Part shown: positions 36,991 through 50,637 of the stretch, piece after piece
Layout of the letters: every line of letters begins with the position of its first letter
Numbering within the stretch: position 1 is the first letter of the stretch
Assembly: GCF_020745735.1 (NCBI RefSeq)
Contig: NW_026867476.1
Coordinates: 248,001 to 312,000 of the forward strand
DNA from: Hemiscyllium ocellatum
Taxonomy: Eukaryota
DNA length: 64,000 nucleotides
Direction: 5' to 3'
Program-made: the position numbers and the translations under genes
The notes under the pieces: model-generated
Told to the model about the DNA's origin: nothing
The model's database searches: none
The model's input: only the letters and a program-made list of their open reading frames with translations

Positions 36991-37229
36991 AGATAGTTGT
37001 GTTCCTGGACTTCATATTGAGCTCAACATATAGAAAATGTGAACCAGCGCCGTTATTTTCAGCTTTATTTGCTGCATTCTCTGTCACCATGTTGTCTTGC
37101 TACCCCCTCCCCCCCCGCCCCATCCCCACCCCCCAATCAGTGGTACTGTCTACCCTTTCAAGTCTGCCAGTTAAATACACAATTCTCTGGCCATTCCTAT
37201 GTTATTATCACTTAATCTGAAACACAAAC

Positions 37230-37420
37230 TTTTGTTCACAAGCACTCTACATCGCATACCTCCCAATCCCCTAGATATAACATAGATGCTGCCCCCTCCA
37301 CAGTCCACTTCCACTCTGATGAAGAGTCATCTCGAACCGAACTGTCAACCTGCTGTTCCTCCATAGATGCTGTCTGACTCGCTGCGATCTCCAACATTAA
37401 TTGGTTTTAGTATTGATTTC
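37230..37420 (+). repeat. Penelope-derived short repeat tail
   Basis: CTGATGAAGAGTCAT...CTCCATAGATGCTGTCTGACTCGCTGCGATCTCCAACATT, recalled as a common shark repeat. Confidence 0.5.
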
Positions 37421-37907
37421 AAAGCCGCTTTTCAAAGGAGATGATCAAGAATTGGCCCCATTTTACTTTGAAAGTCTCCAAAAAACGTGAATCTTGTTAT
37501 TATCAAATTGATACTCACTTGGAGCTCGCTTTGAGATCGATTTCTAACACGATTTGTGCATGTCAGCTGGAACCACTAATCAAATGTTTTCACTGATGAT
37601 AAAACTGCTATGAGCCCCGAGATTATCAACGCCACCACCCCTGCAGCTCACGGGAATATGTACAGCAAATAACACCACAGACTGCTTAGACCACTATTAT
37701 TATCATCATATTTATCATCATCATCATTACCAAAGCTAAATATGTTGTGTGGCTGTTTCTGTGATATGTAACCCGCTGACAATATGTGTATATTTTGATA
37801 CAATGTAGCAGTCAATTTTTCTATTAATGTATAACACTAATCCGAAGGGACTCGTGCATCAAAAATAATTTGGAATAAGTTTGAGTACTGCTGCTGAAGT
37901 GCATCAG

Positions 37908-38813
37908 TTATGGAAATAATTGAATGACTAATGCAATGTGTCTAAATGGACAAAGCTTCATATTCTTGAACTGCTCTCTGAACTTAGCCTGAGTTACAAC
38001 ACAAATGCAAGTATTTGTACAGCAACTCAGAATATGGAGCATAAATCCAATTTCCCGTACGGAGTATGGTAACCATATAGCCTCATAACTCAACAAAGTA
38101 AGATATAGCATGAAAGTTGTCCATAACAGGATGAAATTCCCTGAGAAAATAAATAGTAAAACTATACACTTCCTTTGCATCTCAATATCTGGGTCTCTTG
38201 CATTTCCTCGTCATTCTGACGATGCAGTCTCTTCCGGGCTTTTTTGCTCATCAAATATCTGGATTTTTAAATAAATAAACAGGAGAATTGGAGGGCAAAA
38301 TGAACTGCAGTGAGTAGAATGTACGAATGAACTCCATTAATACCCAAACTCCATTAATACCCAAATAGGAGATTCAAGAATTTCACTTGTTCTCCAACAA
38401 AACTAGGGGGTGTTCTCCAGCCAGGACTCACCCATGAGCACAAAATATCAGAAATTGTCTTTGATGCAACTCAATACAGTGACTGTTCCCAGAACAACAA
38501 GCGCTGTCTTCTTGGTGTGGTATTTACATTTCAGCTTCTGTCAACAAATAGCCACAAATCTATCAAAAGTTAGAGACAGTGAACAAGAGAGAACAATCAG
38601 TGACTACATAAACCAGGATAGCATGTATCGTGCACACACGGCCAAATTACAGGAAAATCAATTATAATATGTAAATAATCGGAATATGCCTCAATGTTAG
38701 GTCAAGAACTACAACCGGTAGATTCGCTGCAGCCATCGTTAAAAGGTATTGCGTAATACATTTGGACAGACCGAATTTTCCATGAGATAATATCAAAATT
38801 GTCAGTACGGTAA
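37908..38813 (-). pseudogene. Class A GPCR pseudogene 2, GPR139-like
   Basis: After acceptor ttttcag: VTVLTILILSHGKFGLSKCITQYLLTMAAANL; TFDRFVAIC*QKLKCKYHTKKTALVVLGTV; RKCIVLLFIFSGNFILLW; MLHILSCCTNTCICVVTQAKFREQFK. Confidence 0.92.
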
Positions 38814-39663
38814 CTGAAAAGAAAAGAAAACAAACATAAAGTATAAACCAGCTTGGAAAGAAACTTGCCAGTTTGAGAATTTGTTCAGATTTATTCTGCA
38901 TTAATGTGATCAGCAAAGGATAAAAATACTTACATGTTGCTCAGCATTTTTTCTAGGTAAAATAATTCATCTTTTAACAAATCCTAGATATAATTAGCAT
39001 GATTTGGCACAGATGTAACAGAACTTCAGGTAATCACGTGGAATGTGTATTCTGCTGACAGCCTGCAGTCCAGCAGAAACAATCAGCAACAAACAAATTG
39101 AAATATACTAAAAGAAGTTGGATGAAATCAGTGAAATCGTTCAGAATACGTAGCGTGGCTATGATCTGACATCAACTCAGTTCAAGCATCTGATCATTAT
39201 TCATTGATTACCAGAGAATCACAAAGATTTCTTCCATAGTGCATTGCCATTGGAATATTGTGAATCACCAATCCAAATCCTGCTCCAATTCATTATTCAT
39301 CATTTCCGGATGAATGAGGGAAAATAATGTAGCATGATAAGTGTAGATTCCCCTGATAATTTCACAGTGGCTCCTGGTTTATTATGTAATATCAACCCAA
39401 GTCCTGCTTCTAATATTGCCTCATTAAGCATGATATGGAATGCCAAAAGCAAGCAAGATTCTTGCTGCTGAACATTACCCAGTAATATCAGATTAGTTCA
39501 ACAAATCAATCAACCTACAAACCTTCTTTTCATCATTATCCAAAGACTAAAGGTTATTGTCGGACAATTAGCTAATGTTCGTGCTGCTGAATGTTGCTCA
39601 GTGACTCAGGCTTGGTGCCAGTGAATCAATCTATATTTATGTTCAGAAACATTAGGCTGTGAG

Positions 39664-39732
39664 AATGTGTTTGTGTGTGCGTGTGTGCACACGTGTGCAT
39701 GTGTGTGTGTGTTTGTGTGTGTGTTTGTGTGT
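39664..39732. repeat. Imperfect (GT)n microsatellite
   Basis: Direct inspection. Confidence 0.85.
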
Positions 39733-40849
39733 ATCTGCAGCAAGAGAGAGTGTCCTAAAAAGTGTCCATTAGTGTGGTCCTGTGATGTGGAGAAGGGAGC
39801 AAGGATAAACCATGCATGCAATAATTACACGGCTGAAATCAGTCAGGTCAGGTTTCATAATATTTCATGGACTGATAAACCACGCGTTTAGAACTTACTC
39901 CAATTGCCTGCTCCTGCTCTTTGGCAAGGGAATGCCTCTTCTGATTTTTATTTGTTTGTGGTTTATTTGATTATTTTTAAACGAATCTGTGAAATGAGAT
40001 TTGCTTGTTACTTTGCAAATTAGAAGTGTGAATATCTGAGAATGCTTTATATCAGACTTGATAACTATGTGGTTACATGACTCCAATTATACAGGTTTAA
40101 TATTGTTCTGGAAGAAGTGGCTGAATTGACATTAGTCAAGGTTTACGTCGGTCAAAACACTGATAATTTGGAGAGAAATGTTTCAATCCAGCGTGCGCAG
40201 ATAGAACCAAATTTGCTTCAGATACATTTTACACGCACTCGGCATGTCCAAGGAACAAGAATCCTGCAGGGAAGGAAAACTTTGCAATTGTTCAAAATCA
40301 AACCTGAAACTAATCGAAGATAGATCAGAAGTAAATTATAACTTTGCATCTTTTCAATAAATCATGATACTAATGGTATTGGAAACAAAATCAAGAAGCA
40401 CCTTTTTAAAAATCACGTCGGTAAATGGCTGACAGAGGTGTTCCTTCCCTCAGTGCCATGTCAACTGTTTCTACTTTCTTCACCATGCTAAACTGTCTCA
40501 CTGAAATACTTTCAAAAACTGTGTCCATGGTCTACCTGTACAATTACGTTACTCAAACGTGACACAATTATTTTTCTCCAGCTGATTCAGATGTACGATT
40601 TGCCGATTGAATTGAAGAATGAAGAGTCCATTGATTTCTAGCAAAAAAAAATTAGTTGCTCCTAACAGAATATTACATCAACATTGGATATGACATAATT
40701 ACAGGAAATGACGCCACCAAACCAAGGATACCTAAACACATAAATAGAAAGCGGGACATAACAGCAGTACTTCACCGGAGGCTCACTGATAACATTACCT
40801 AGTATGGTAATGGAACATCTGACAAGGAATATTCCAGCTCAGTGAGCAC

Positions 40850-41720
40850 ACTTACATCCAGAATCTTTACCTGAGCTAAAAATCTTCTCAAAGCTTGCCA
40901 AATTCTCTGTTAACACAGGGTACAGGACTGTGCTGATAATTGGCAAGTGGAGTTGAACCTGGAAGAGTGTGAAGTCATTCCCCTTGGAAAGTCGAATTTG
41001 AATGCAGAATACAGGGTAAAAAGTAGTATTGTTGTTACTGTGGTGCAATTTCGGACTCTCAGTTTCCATGTCCAGAGATCCCTCAAAGTTGCTAACCAGG
41101 TTTACAGGGTTGTTAAGAGGGGGTAAGATGTGTTGGCTTCGATGAGAAGTGTGATTGAGTTTACAAGCCACGAGGTGATGCTACAGTCTTAAAGAGCTCT
41201 AGTCAGACCACATTTGGAATATGGTATTCAGTTCTGGTCGTCTCAATATTGGAATGCTGTGGATGCTTTCGAGAGGGTGCAGAAGAGATTTTCAAGGTTT
41301 CTTTCTGCACTGGAGGTTTTATGAAGAAAGTTTGACGGAATTAGGGCGTTTCTGATTGGAGCAAAAATGGGTGCAGGGTGACTTGATAGAGATATACAAG
41401 ACGTTGAGGGGCATACATAGAGTAGATAGGCAGAGTCTGTTAGCCCATGGTGGAAATGTATATCACGACGGAGCATAATTTTAAAGTAATTCGAGGAAGG
41501 TTTAGGGGAGATGTCAGAGTTGGGTTCTTTAGAAAGAGAGTGGTGGGTATGTGGACTGCACTGCCAGCAGTGGTAGTAGAGTTAAACATATTAGGAATAT
41601 CTAAAAGTCTCTTGAATAGGCACATTAAAGATAGCGCAATGAAGTTTGTGTAGGTTAATCTGATCTTGGGGTTGGATTAAAGTTCGGCACAACTTCGAGT
41701 GCCGAAGGGTCTCCACTGTG
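40850..41720 (+). mobile_element. CR1 3' fragment
   Basis: FKVIRGRFRGDVRVGFFRKRVVGMWTALP and LVRPHLEYGIQFW-like motifs. Confidence 0.85.
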
Positions 41721-44700
41721 CTGTGCTGGTCTATGTTCTCAGCTCTGTGAAAGCCTTCTTGCTTCTGCAAGTCTCCACAGTCTCCCTTCATATCTGTTCC
41801 TCCAATCCCTGCTGAGCATTTGATGGCCAATATTATAATCCAAATAACGTTATCATCCCATTTTTATTCCTTAGTTGCTCCAACTAAGTCTCACTGAATG
41901 ATACTTCATTTATTCCATCTTTGTCCACCTCTGTTATATTCACCTTAATCAAAATGAAACTGGCACTCTCCTTCTGCCAACAACCTCCGTCCCGCCTGAA
42001 ACACTTGTACTACTTCACATTAAGCATCCAGTCATGGCACTCCCTTTGCCATACCTACAACCCACATACCCATCCACGCCCTAAATTCATTTGCCTTACC
42101 TGTCAGTCCTCTTGCATTGAAATATATGCAAATTAATGCAATAGGCACTTCTAGCTCTGTAATGTGTTGCAGGCTTGAGCTGTCCCTTCAACATACGATT
42201 GCTGAGTACTGCATCTCCTTCAAAACGTGCACTTTCAATTTCTAGTTTAAATGCCTACATTTGAGTGCCTCTGTTGCTGCTCACATTTGTTTTGGTGTCT
42301 CTGTAAGTTTGTTTCCATGTTTGTATATTTCCGTCTATGTTGCTTTTCTCTCTGACTTCGTGCCCGGTGAGATATCAGTTCCCCATTCCTAAATGATTGC
42401 CTGCAGCGTCCTGAAATTTAGTTAAATCTTTTACAAAAAGAGATGGCAGTTTCAGTGGAAGATAAACTGTCTGCAAGGATGTTAATCAATTATTGAGCAT
42501 CACAGTCTCTATCCTGATTTCTCTGTCTTATGATTCGTGTGATACAGTGTCACCCTCTGATGACCAAAATTCACAATTGCATTAGCGCAGGTTGAAACTC
42601 CCAGGATGTCAATTAGTGGGCAACTTAAATTGACGGCAGCATCACATCATGCATAAGGTCAATGTGAAGTCTTTTCTGTCACTCCTGGGGAAAAATTGCT
42701 GCAGGGCTGAAATAAAAATGAAAACTATTTTTAGAAGAAACGAAATATGTCAGGTTATGGAAAAGTGAATGAACAGCCTAATTAAAAATGCAGAACATGG
42801 TAGAAACAGATTTTACAAATGTCTGCACCTATTTAGCATCTTAATTTTAAAATACTCCGCATCGACTACTTGTAGCTACAAAGCAGGGAGAACAAAACCC
42901 TGTAGAATACTTTTTAATGGCTTTGTTCAATTTGTCCTGAATTAACAATTAAATGTTTCTCAGTGCACATTGAATTAATTCTCAGCTTCACATATTATGA
43001 AATGGTTGCTTCTCTGAACATCGCTTCTGCGAGCTGTAACTGCATCTAACGGACTCAGTTTCAATATCTTTATTCAAAACGGGAGAAAGAAAGCAAATGT
43101 AGCCATTGGCCAATGACTGTCGTAGAGAATTACCAGGAGACGTGGAGAGTTCTACAAGAAGATGACTTTTCATTTGCTAACAAAAGCCCTGACAACCAGG
43201 GAGCGAATTCTTAATTGCCCCCGAACCTCGGTGTCCATTATTTTAACTTATTTTATCATGTCTTCTTCGAGTTTATCAGCATATCTAATGTGTTAGTCAG
43301 GGACATCATTCTGCAGTTATGCAACAAACCAATGATTTTAGTTCATGTTACCTCTCTACTCCTTCCACTATGTTTTATTCCTGCTTCAAACTTAACTCAT
43401 ATCATAACGATTATTTATTATTTCGTCTGCCACAATGGTCTCCCAACTCCAATCTTAATGTTTCTCTATTATGTTACGGTTAGATATTTGCTATTACAGC
43501 AACCACAATGGACTTTAGCCCGAGGTTGAACTAATTACATCACGCTAACTTTTACCTACATGTCACTTGCTTTGATTCACCTGAGTATGCTGCCGTTGGT
43601 ACCTAACCTAATTATACTACCTAACTAGCATGTTTCTCCCACTATTACTCGATACACGATTGATGTAGTATTCTGAGTGATGTAGCATTCCACAAATTCT
43701 TGTAACATTCCACCCAGCCCTCATGTTTAATACATTAAATGCCCTTATTCACTTTATTTACCATGTGATCTTCAGTTTTGTGATTCCAAGAATGCTAGAA
43801 CATATTAAAAAGAACTTAACACTAGAACATTTAGTAACAATTAGATGGTCATACTGTGTTAGCAGAGCTAAATGAAGTGAAAAACCTGCTTGGCAAATTC
43901 GGTGGAAATCTTCTAGCAGAGAACAAGCGAAATGGCTAAAAGGGCTGGCTCGAAAATGCATTTGCATTTCCAGATCATGTTTGAGAATGTACCACAAATT
44001 CGAATACTTTATGAAAAAAAAGTCAAAGTATCGGAGGCAGATATTAGCATGGAGAGATGGTGTCTTAACTATTCGTACACAAACGCTTGAATAAAGGCAG
44101 GGCGTGCCCCGACAGAATGCGAATCTGAGCTACAGTGCGACAAACATCAATGCTGGGGCCTGTGTCTTTCAGAGCATGTACAGAAAGGAAAGAGCATTTA
44201 CTGTCGCCAAGTTGGCGAGTGACAGAAAAATAATTGGAACACAGGTTGTAATGATGACACAACGAGACTGTGGAAGGAAATAGATAGAGTGAAAGGGCAA
44301 AAGCTTGGCAGCTGAAATATTACATCTGAAATAACAGCAAAGGTGAACATTATGCAAATTGATGGCGATTACAGAAACGTGCAGAGATTTCCGGGGATGA
44401 AGGAGGTGACATTATTATGGCTCCTATTGCATTGGTCTCATAAAGTTGGAATGTTGACACAGGGGGGAGCAGGGAAATTAAATGGAACGTTGGCCTGCAC
44501 TTCAGAAGGAATGGAGATTGAAGTTCATTTTCTGAGCTTTCACTACAAGCAGTTCGCTGACTGTTTAATTCGAGGTTAAGTTGAGTTGTTCATGGTTTAA
44601 GTTTGAATTGAATATGTCTGCCTGCGATTCCACAAATATCCCAACAGACCGCATCGCCAGCTGACAGTTTTGTACATCACTGGGAATGCATTTGATCACC

Positions 44701-45977
44701 ATCCTTCTAAAAGAACAGTGATACAAAATGGCTTCGATAAATGCAGCCGCGAGACAGTTAAACAGGTGAGATTTCTGAAGCTCCATTATGAAGTGAAGTT
44801 TCACAAATTCTCCTTCATTCTCAACACCTGTGGAAGTTTCAATCAATATAAATTCTGCCTGAAATTCTGAGTGTTATCGATGTCAAGATACTATAAAGGA
44901 CATTTATGCAGTCTCGCACGCATGTTACCACTGCCACTTTAATCGCAACGTCTGTGCAGTGTGCCCAAAACAAGTCAAATGACAAAAAAAAACTGCATTG
45001 TCAAATGACTGCTGGATATTGAAACATGATATTCGTAAACCTCGGTGTCGCAATTTACTGAAGTCTCCCAGCACGCAGTCAGTTCAGTGCCACGAGTTCA
45101 GTGAGACTGGAAGCCAGAAGCTGGATCTCAGCGAATGCAAACAGCTTGAAAATGGATAGTCAGTTCCCATACAGAAGGTATGACGGCTGATCTCGAGAAC
45201 AAATGATGAAGATGTCACTCCAACTCCAATTGAAATTGTCTCCTTCTTGTGACAATCGCAGAACACACTGAGAGCAACAAGTGTAAAATGTCTCCTCCTG
45301 AATCGAGAATTAACCACGTAGCACCCAACTACATCCATTCCCTACTCACTCAATATTTCCGCACATGCACGAGGCACAAAGGGAATCAATCACTGACTAA
45401 TTAAGTGCAACTGGTGTCGCACAGCACATAGCCTTTTCCACAAAGCCAACATATTTGCTCAAGCTCAGATCAATTAACGAAGAGTTCGGAAAATAAAGAG
45501 CGCTGCAGTTGAAGATTGTAATGTTACATTTGAAGACCGTGAGGAATTTTTAAAAATGCATGCATGAAATATCAAAAGCTTCATTGAAAATAAAAGAGAA
45601 ATACAACCGAAAAATAGAAATTGTTGCAGAAACTGGGATATGTTTCTGATGGCATAATCATGCTTAATGAAAGTAACGTTCTCGTGTTCGGGCCTAGCCA
45701 GATGGATAGAATTTTTAATTAGCAGCCACCAGAATGAGACACATATGATGTACAAAGGGCACAGCAAGGTACATGAGGTAAGAAAAGACTATGCACATTT
45801 CACTGAATACATTTGAAGATGTGCAGTCTGATCTTAAAATTCAGCTCGGTTAAAATTCAGAAGCTATTAATCTTGGAAACAATCACAACTGAGCTGTATA
45901 TTTTCAACAGTCACATTCCATTCAAGTGAATGATTTAACGTTTCTTCAGAATAGCAGTATCCGATTGCTTTACGAAA

Positions 45978-45992
45978 GTATATATATATATA

Positions 45993-46036
<44 letters not shown>
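45978..46036. repeat. (AT)n/(GT)n microsatellite
   Basis: Direct inspection. Confidence 0.95.
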
Positions 46037-46040
<4 letters not shown>

Positions 46041-46140
46041 TTCATTTTTAAAAATATTAATAAAATCTACTAAGTTTCTTCTGTAGCTCCATTTATTTTG
46101 TCAAATAAATGACTCCTTCTTACAGCTTGTAGACTAGGGA

Positions 46141-46428
46141 GCCACTGTGGCTCAGTGGTTAGCACGGCTGCCTCATGATACCATAAACCTCCATTCTGAT
46201 TCCACTCTCTGACGACTCCCTTTGTGGGGTTTTCACCCTCTCACCATGTCTGTATGGGGTTCCTCTTAGTATATCAGTTTCCTTCCACAGTCCAAGGATA
46301 AGCAGGCTATGTGGGTTACCTGTGAGGAATGCAGACCTATTATTGCATATGGGCTGCTGTTTCAGAGGATCAGTGTAGACTCAATGGGCAGCATGGTGTG
46401 CTTTCACACTGTAAGAATCCTATGATTC
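46141..46428 (+). mobile_element. HE1-like SINE
   Basis: GTGGCTCAGTGGTTAGCAC head and CACAGTCCAAGG core. Confidence 0.75.
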
Positions 46429-46909
46429 AAACATTGTATCTCATAACCATGGCACAGCAACTCACCCCGCCATGACAACGATTTTCTCGCACACCATGCA
46501 CTTTGTCAGCACCAAACCTCAAGCCTCCGGGTCCAACTCACCCATGATCATCAGGAACTTGCCTCCATTATTTCCACATGACAAAATGTGCGATTAACAC
46601 TAAGAAGAGACTAATGATGAGATGGGAACAATATTCCCTACCATCCCACTTCCAGCTCTGGTCAGTCCACTTCGCAGGCTCTGGCGTCTCATTCATCTCA
46701 TTGCGAACACGGGTAGGCACTATCTGAAAACGTAATACAGATCAGGTGCCTCTTTTTCAAAAAGTGACTGTGTGAAAATTTAACGTAGATGGAGCAATTG
46801 AGTTAGAGTCGATCAAATAATATCTCACTTCTGTTTTAAACTCTTCGCTTCCAGGTGACAGATGGTAATCGCTCTTTCTGTTTCTGTTCATGGTATTGAG
46901 ACGAGTACC

Positions 46910-46955
46910 ATGAACATTAATCTCTGTCTGACTCTAGTCATCTCCCTGTTAAGAG
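46910..46955 (+). pseudogene. Leader exon of V pseudogene at 47448
   Basis: MNINLCLTLVISLLR + G|gt, phase 1; its intron contains a SINE. Confidence 0.65.
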
Positions 46956-47054
46956 GTCTGCTTTACTTAAATCTTAAATATCCTTGTGCACATTTCCCGT
47001 TTCCACTTCCATGTGATTAACTATCTTCCCTTCCTCCTAGCTAGCGAGTGATAC

Positions 47055-47388
47055 AGCGGGTGGTATGGTGGCTCAATAATTAGCTCAGTTACCTCAGAAC
47101 AACAGGGACCCGTGTTCGATTCTAGCCTTGAGTGCTTGTCTGTCTGGCGTCTTCACATTCACCCCGCGTCTGCGTAGGGCCCCTCGCGGTGCTCTGGTCT
47201 CCTCACACAACTCAGAGATTTGTATATTATTTGAATTGACCATGCTAATTTGCCCATAATGTTCATTGATGTATAGGTTAGGTACGTTAGTAAGGGCTAA
47301 ATGTGGGGAATGTCTCTGGGTGGGTAACTCTTCGAATGATCATTGTGGACTTGTTGGGCCAGTTTCCACATTGGAGGTATTCTATGAT
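47055..47388 (+). mobile_element. HE1-like SINE in leader intron
   Basis: GGTGGCTCAA...GGGACCCGTGTTCGATTCTAGCCTTG head and core. Confidence 0.75.
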
Positions 47389-47447
47389 TAACTGGGCGTT
47401 AGATGATTACTTTTAAAGATGAGTAATATATACTGTGTCCCAATCAG

Positions 47448-47758
47448 AATAAGGGGCCAAAGCAATAATGAGTGAAAAATCGACGATAGGTCAAAGTTAC
47501 CCTGTACAGCTGTACAGTATGAACTAGACAGTTATTGTCGATATTCATGACAAGTCACTCACTATCTGTTCAGAGCCAGTCGTTATGGATATAACTGAAC
47601 GGCTCCAAGTTTTGAACATTTCAGTGGGAATCTCAGTCCGGGACTACATACTTTTCAGCTGTTCATGAATATGTTGAGGGCGACAGACAGCGCCCGGTAT
47701 AACTGTTCACTGAGATCCTCGGTGAATTTGCAATGATTCCAAATCTCACACAAAAACT
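47448..47758 (+). pseudogene. TCR V pseudogene with degenerate RSS
   Basis: DDRSKLPCTAVQYELDSYCRYS*Q...HYLFRASRYGYN*TAPSFEHFSGNLSPGLHTFQLFMNMLRATDSARYNCSLR; then CTCGGTG + 25 nt + ACAAAAACT. Confidence 0.8.
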
Positions 47759-49034
47759 GAATGTTTGTCACAATAAAAGGTAAGTTCAAGGAAATGCAAG
47801 TGATTGAATCCGTAAGGAACTGTGCAGGGAATCATAAATGCATCTGAAAAGAGAGCAAACTCTCGTCCCTTCAACCCCTCCATGCTGCTCAGTTATTCAG
47901 TAAAATCAGGATTGATCTGATCCCCATATTCCCACATAATCCGTAAGGTTTCTTGTCCTTCTTTATCAAGAATGATGCGATCCAAACATTAAAAATATTC
48001 ATAAACGTAATTCTCCTTAATGAATGCAATGTTTAAGTGTTAGCTGTGGTTCACCTCGATCAGCAACTTACTGTCAAAAGTGATATAATTAAAAACGCAG
48101 CCTCAAGCGGTTTGAATTGTCAAGTTTTTTGAGTAAAATTGTGATGGGTGAAATCAGCATTTTAATCAGAGAAAAAGGACGCCAATGGGAAAATGCACCA
48201 GTTTGTCCAGAGATCAAATCTCACAAGGGCAGCTGTTTGAACTTTAATTCAAATCACAATTATAGAATGGAAAAGAAAGTCCAAGAATGGTGACCATGAT
48301 AACCATTACTGATTGTTGTAAAATACAAGAATGTTCAAATTCTGACTTATGGGGAAGGGAAATACCTCCTTATCTGGAATGCCACGCATGTCACTCCAAT
48401 CGCATGTGCGTGACTCGAAACTGCCTTCTGAAATGGTGAACTTAGCAACATAGTTGAGTAGAATTTAGGATTAGGGATGCACATCAAGTGCTTGTATTTG
48501 CAATAGCACACATAGTCCACAAAAGCATAAAAAATAAAAATTGCTATTTGGAAATGTGCAGCAACTTATAATAAGCAAGGGATTCCACTGATAACAATTG
48601 ATGGCGTGAATAAATTGAAGGACATTTCTCCTGATTTTAAAATGTGGCAGATTTTATGGTACTTATCGGTTCTTCTGAATTAATAAGAATAATGCATTTG
48701 TCGCTTGTTAGAACTGTTGATGTCAAAGGAAAGAAAGTTTAAGTGAGGAAGACTCAGAAAAGTAAGAAGAAGAAATAAGGAAAGGAGACGCAAACAGATA
48801 GCAATTGGAAACAGCAGACAGTGTTTGGGTAAAGTCAGCTGTATTTACTCATCAGCGAGTGAACCTTTGGTGCACAATAATTGCCATGTCAGAGAGAACA
48901 GACAATGAGAGTAGAGAAACGTATTTTCATTCCCGAATTCGAAACTGACTCTGATTCGAGTTACATCCTTAACTGAAGACTAGAAGAGTCAAAATATTTG
49001 CAAAGGTGAACTGCTTATAAGGTCAACTGTAATC

Positions 49035-49590
49035 ATGTATGCTCTCCGTGTTTTACTCGGAATGATGATCATGCTGTTCGGTGAACTAAAGCCATCAGTA
49101 TGTAATTCTCGGTTGAGATTCGCAAAAAAAAATTCAGATATTCTGCATGTTCTTCAATGAACGAATGGCCTACATGCAGTCTCCTAAGAGCCGCTAGAAT
49201 TAATGACTAAGGAGGGGTGGACCCGAAAACTGATCTGTAATGACACTGCAAAATGTATGGATCAGATTCTCTTTTTCCACAGTCGCTCTCGTGGGGGATC
49301 TTCAAGATGTTTACTGAAGAGTTAAAGTCTGAATCATGGAGGAAGACATATTCAGAATTCTATGATGAATTTACTTGGATCAAGAGAAGAAAATGTTCCC
49401 ATTAAATGTCGCTGGATCTCATGTCTCTGGCTCAACAGAATTGCCGTTCACTGGGCCCCACCGGCATAATTAGTATGTACAAGCAGCAGAAATTGTCAGC
49501 TTTGCTCAGTGAATCAGATCTGAAATTCAAACTGTGAACTATCAACCTCATATTAAGACCATCTTGACCTAATGATCGTTTTCACTGGTA
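49035..49590 (+). pseudogene. Leader exon (49035-49080) with heavily decayed V remnant
   Basis: MYALRVLLGMMIMLF + G|gtgaac; acceptor ttccacag at ~49282; GSREENVPIKC downstream, otherwise riddled with stops. Confidence 0.35.
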
Positions 49591-50291
49591 CTGAATCTAT
49601 GACATTGTGTTAAAAGAAAAATCCCTTCTTATATCAGTATTCTTCATGATCTTTCTAACAGGTAACCTGTGCCACCATCTGCAGCACAACATTAAATGTT
49701 ACCAGTCATTGCCTCATCTCAAAGATTCACTCTGTTAAACGACGAAAAATATCACTTTAATCCATATCTTAGTAATGTTGTCTCACTCAGACAGTGATCG
49801 ATCCTCGGCCCCGATTTGGTTAAAGAATAACTATGATAGATGATCGCATAATAGGATCAATGCAGAGAGTTCTGATAAACGTTATGCTGTGCTATTCATT
49901 GTAGTGAGAACAATTTTAGCTCATTACCCGTTCCTTACTCAGACCTCATGGACTGTGAGATAAAACAGCGGAAATTTGAGTGGGTGTCAACTGTGACGCT
50001 GCTAGTCGTGCAGCACGACCGATGTGACTCCTCATCTAAACTCTGAGCTGAAACACTCATCTTAGTTCCCTCTGTACAAACCTACAACCAGCTCTGAAAG
50101 CATGTCCATGATTATCCTTACTGGTCCATCCTTACTGGTAACTTCCCCAAAACGTGAGAAAGCACATTTGCAGATGATAATGGTATATTGTTCTTTAATT
50201 GTGCACTAGCTCCATTTGCAACAGCTCCGTTACATTGATTGTGAAATTTAACAGTAAACGCATACGAATTTTCGGATATAAATTCCTGCAG

Positions 50292-50598
50292 GTATTAATT
50301 GTATGGACTGGGTCTCACAGGAGAGAGTTGCAGAGACACAGATGAAACGAAACTCGGCATCAATTCACTTCAAGTATTAGATCTCTGCCGCTTTCTATTC
50401 AGTGCAACTCTACCGTCAGGATGGTGGACAATCTCCCACATTCATGATTTATATCCCAAAGTCAGGAGACGTTTACAAAACAGAAGGCGTTGGTGATCCA
50501 TTTTCTGCAGTTCTGGACACTTCTAAAAGCGAGGGAAATTTCACCGCCGATGAGCTGCAGCTGTCTGACAGCGCTGTGTATTACTGCGGGCTGAGAGA
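50292..50598 (+). pseudogene. TCR alpha/delta V pseudogene
   Basis: INCMDWVSQERVAETQMKRNSASIHFKY*ISAAFYSVQLYRQDGGQSPTFMIY...FSAVLDTSKSEGNFTADELQLSDSAVYYCGLRD; first Cys to Phe, Trp to Leu, one stop; leader at 50102-50137 out of phase. Confidence 0.93.
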
Positions 50599-50637
50599 CA
50601 CGGTGACAGGAAATAGAGGGAGTCACGTACAAAACCA
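50599..50637 (+). other. 23-RSS of V pseudogene
   Basis: CACGGTG + 23 nt + ACAAAACCA. Confidence 0.9.

Noticed and set aside
44065-44262. Minus-strand FSVTRQLGDSKCSFLSVHALKDTG, resembling IgH FR3
   Set aside because: Isolated motif with no YYC, FR1/FR2 or RSS.
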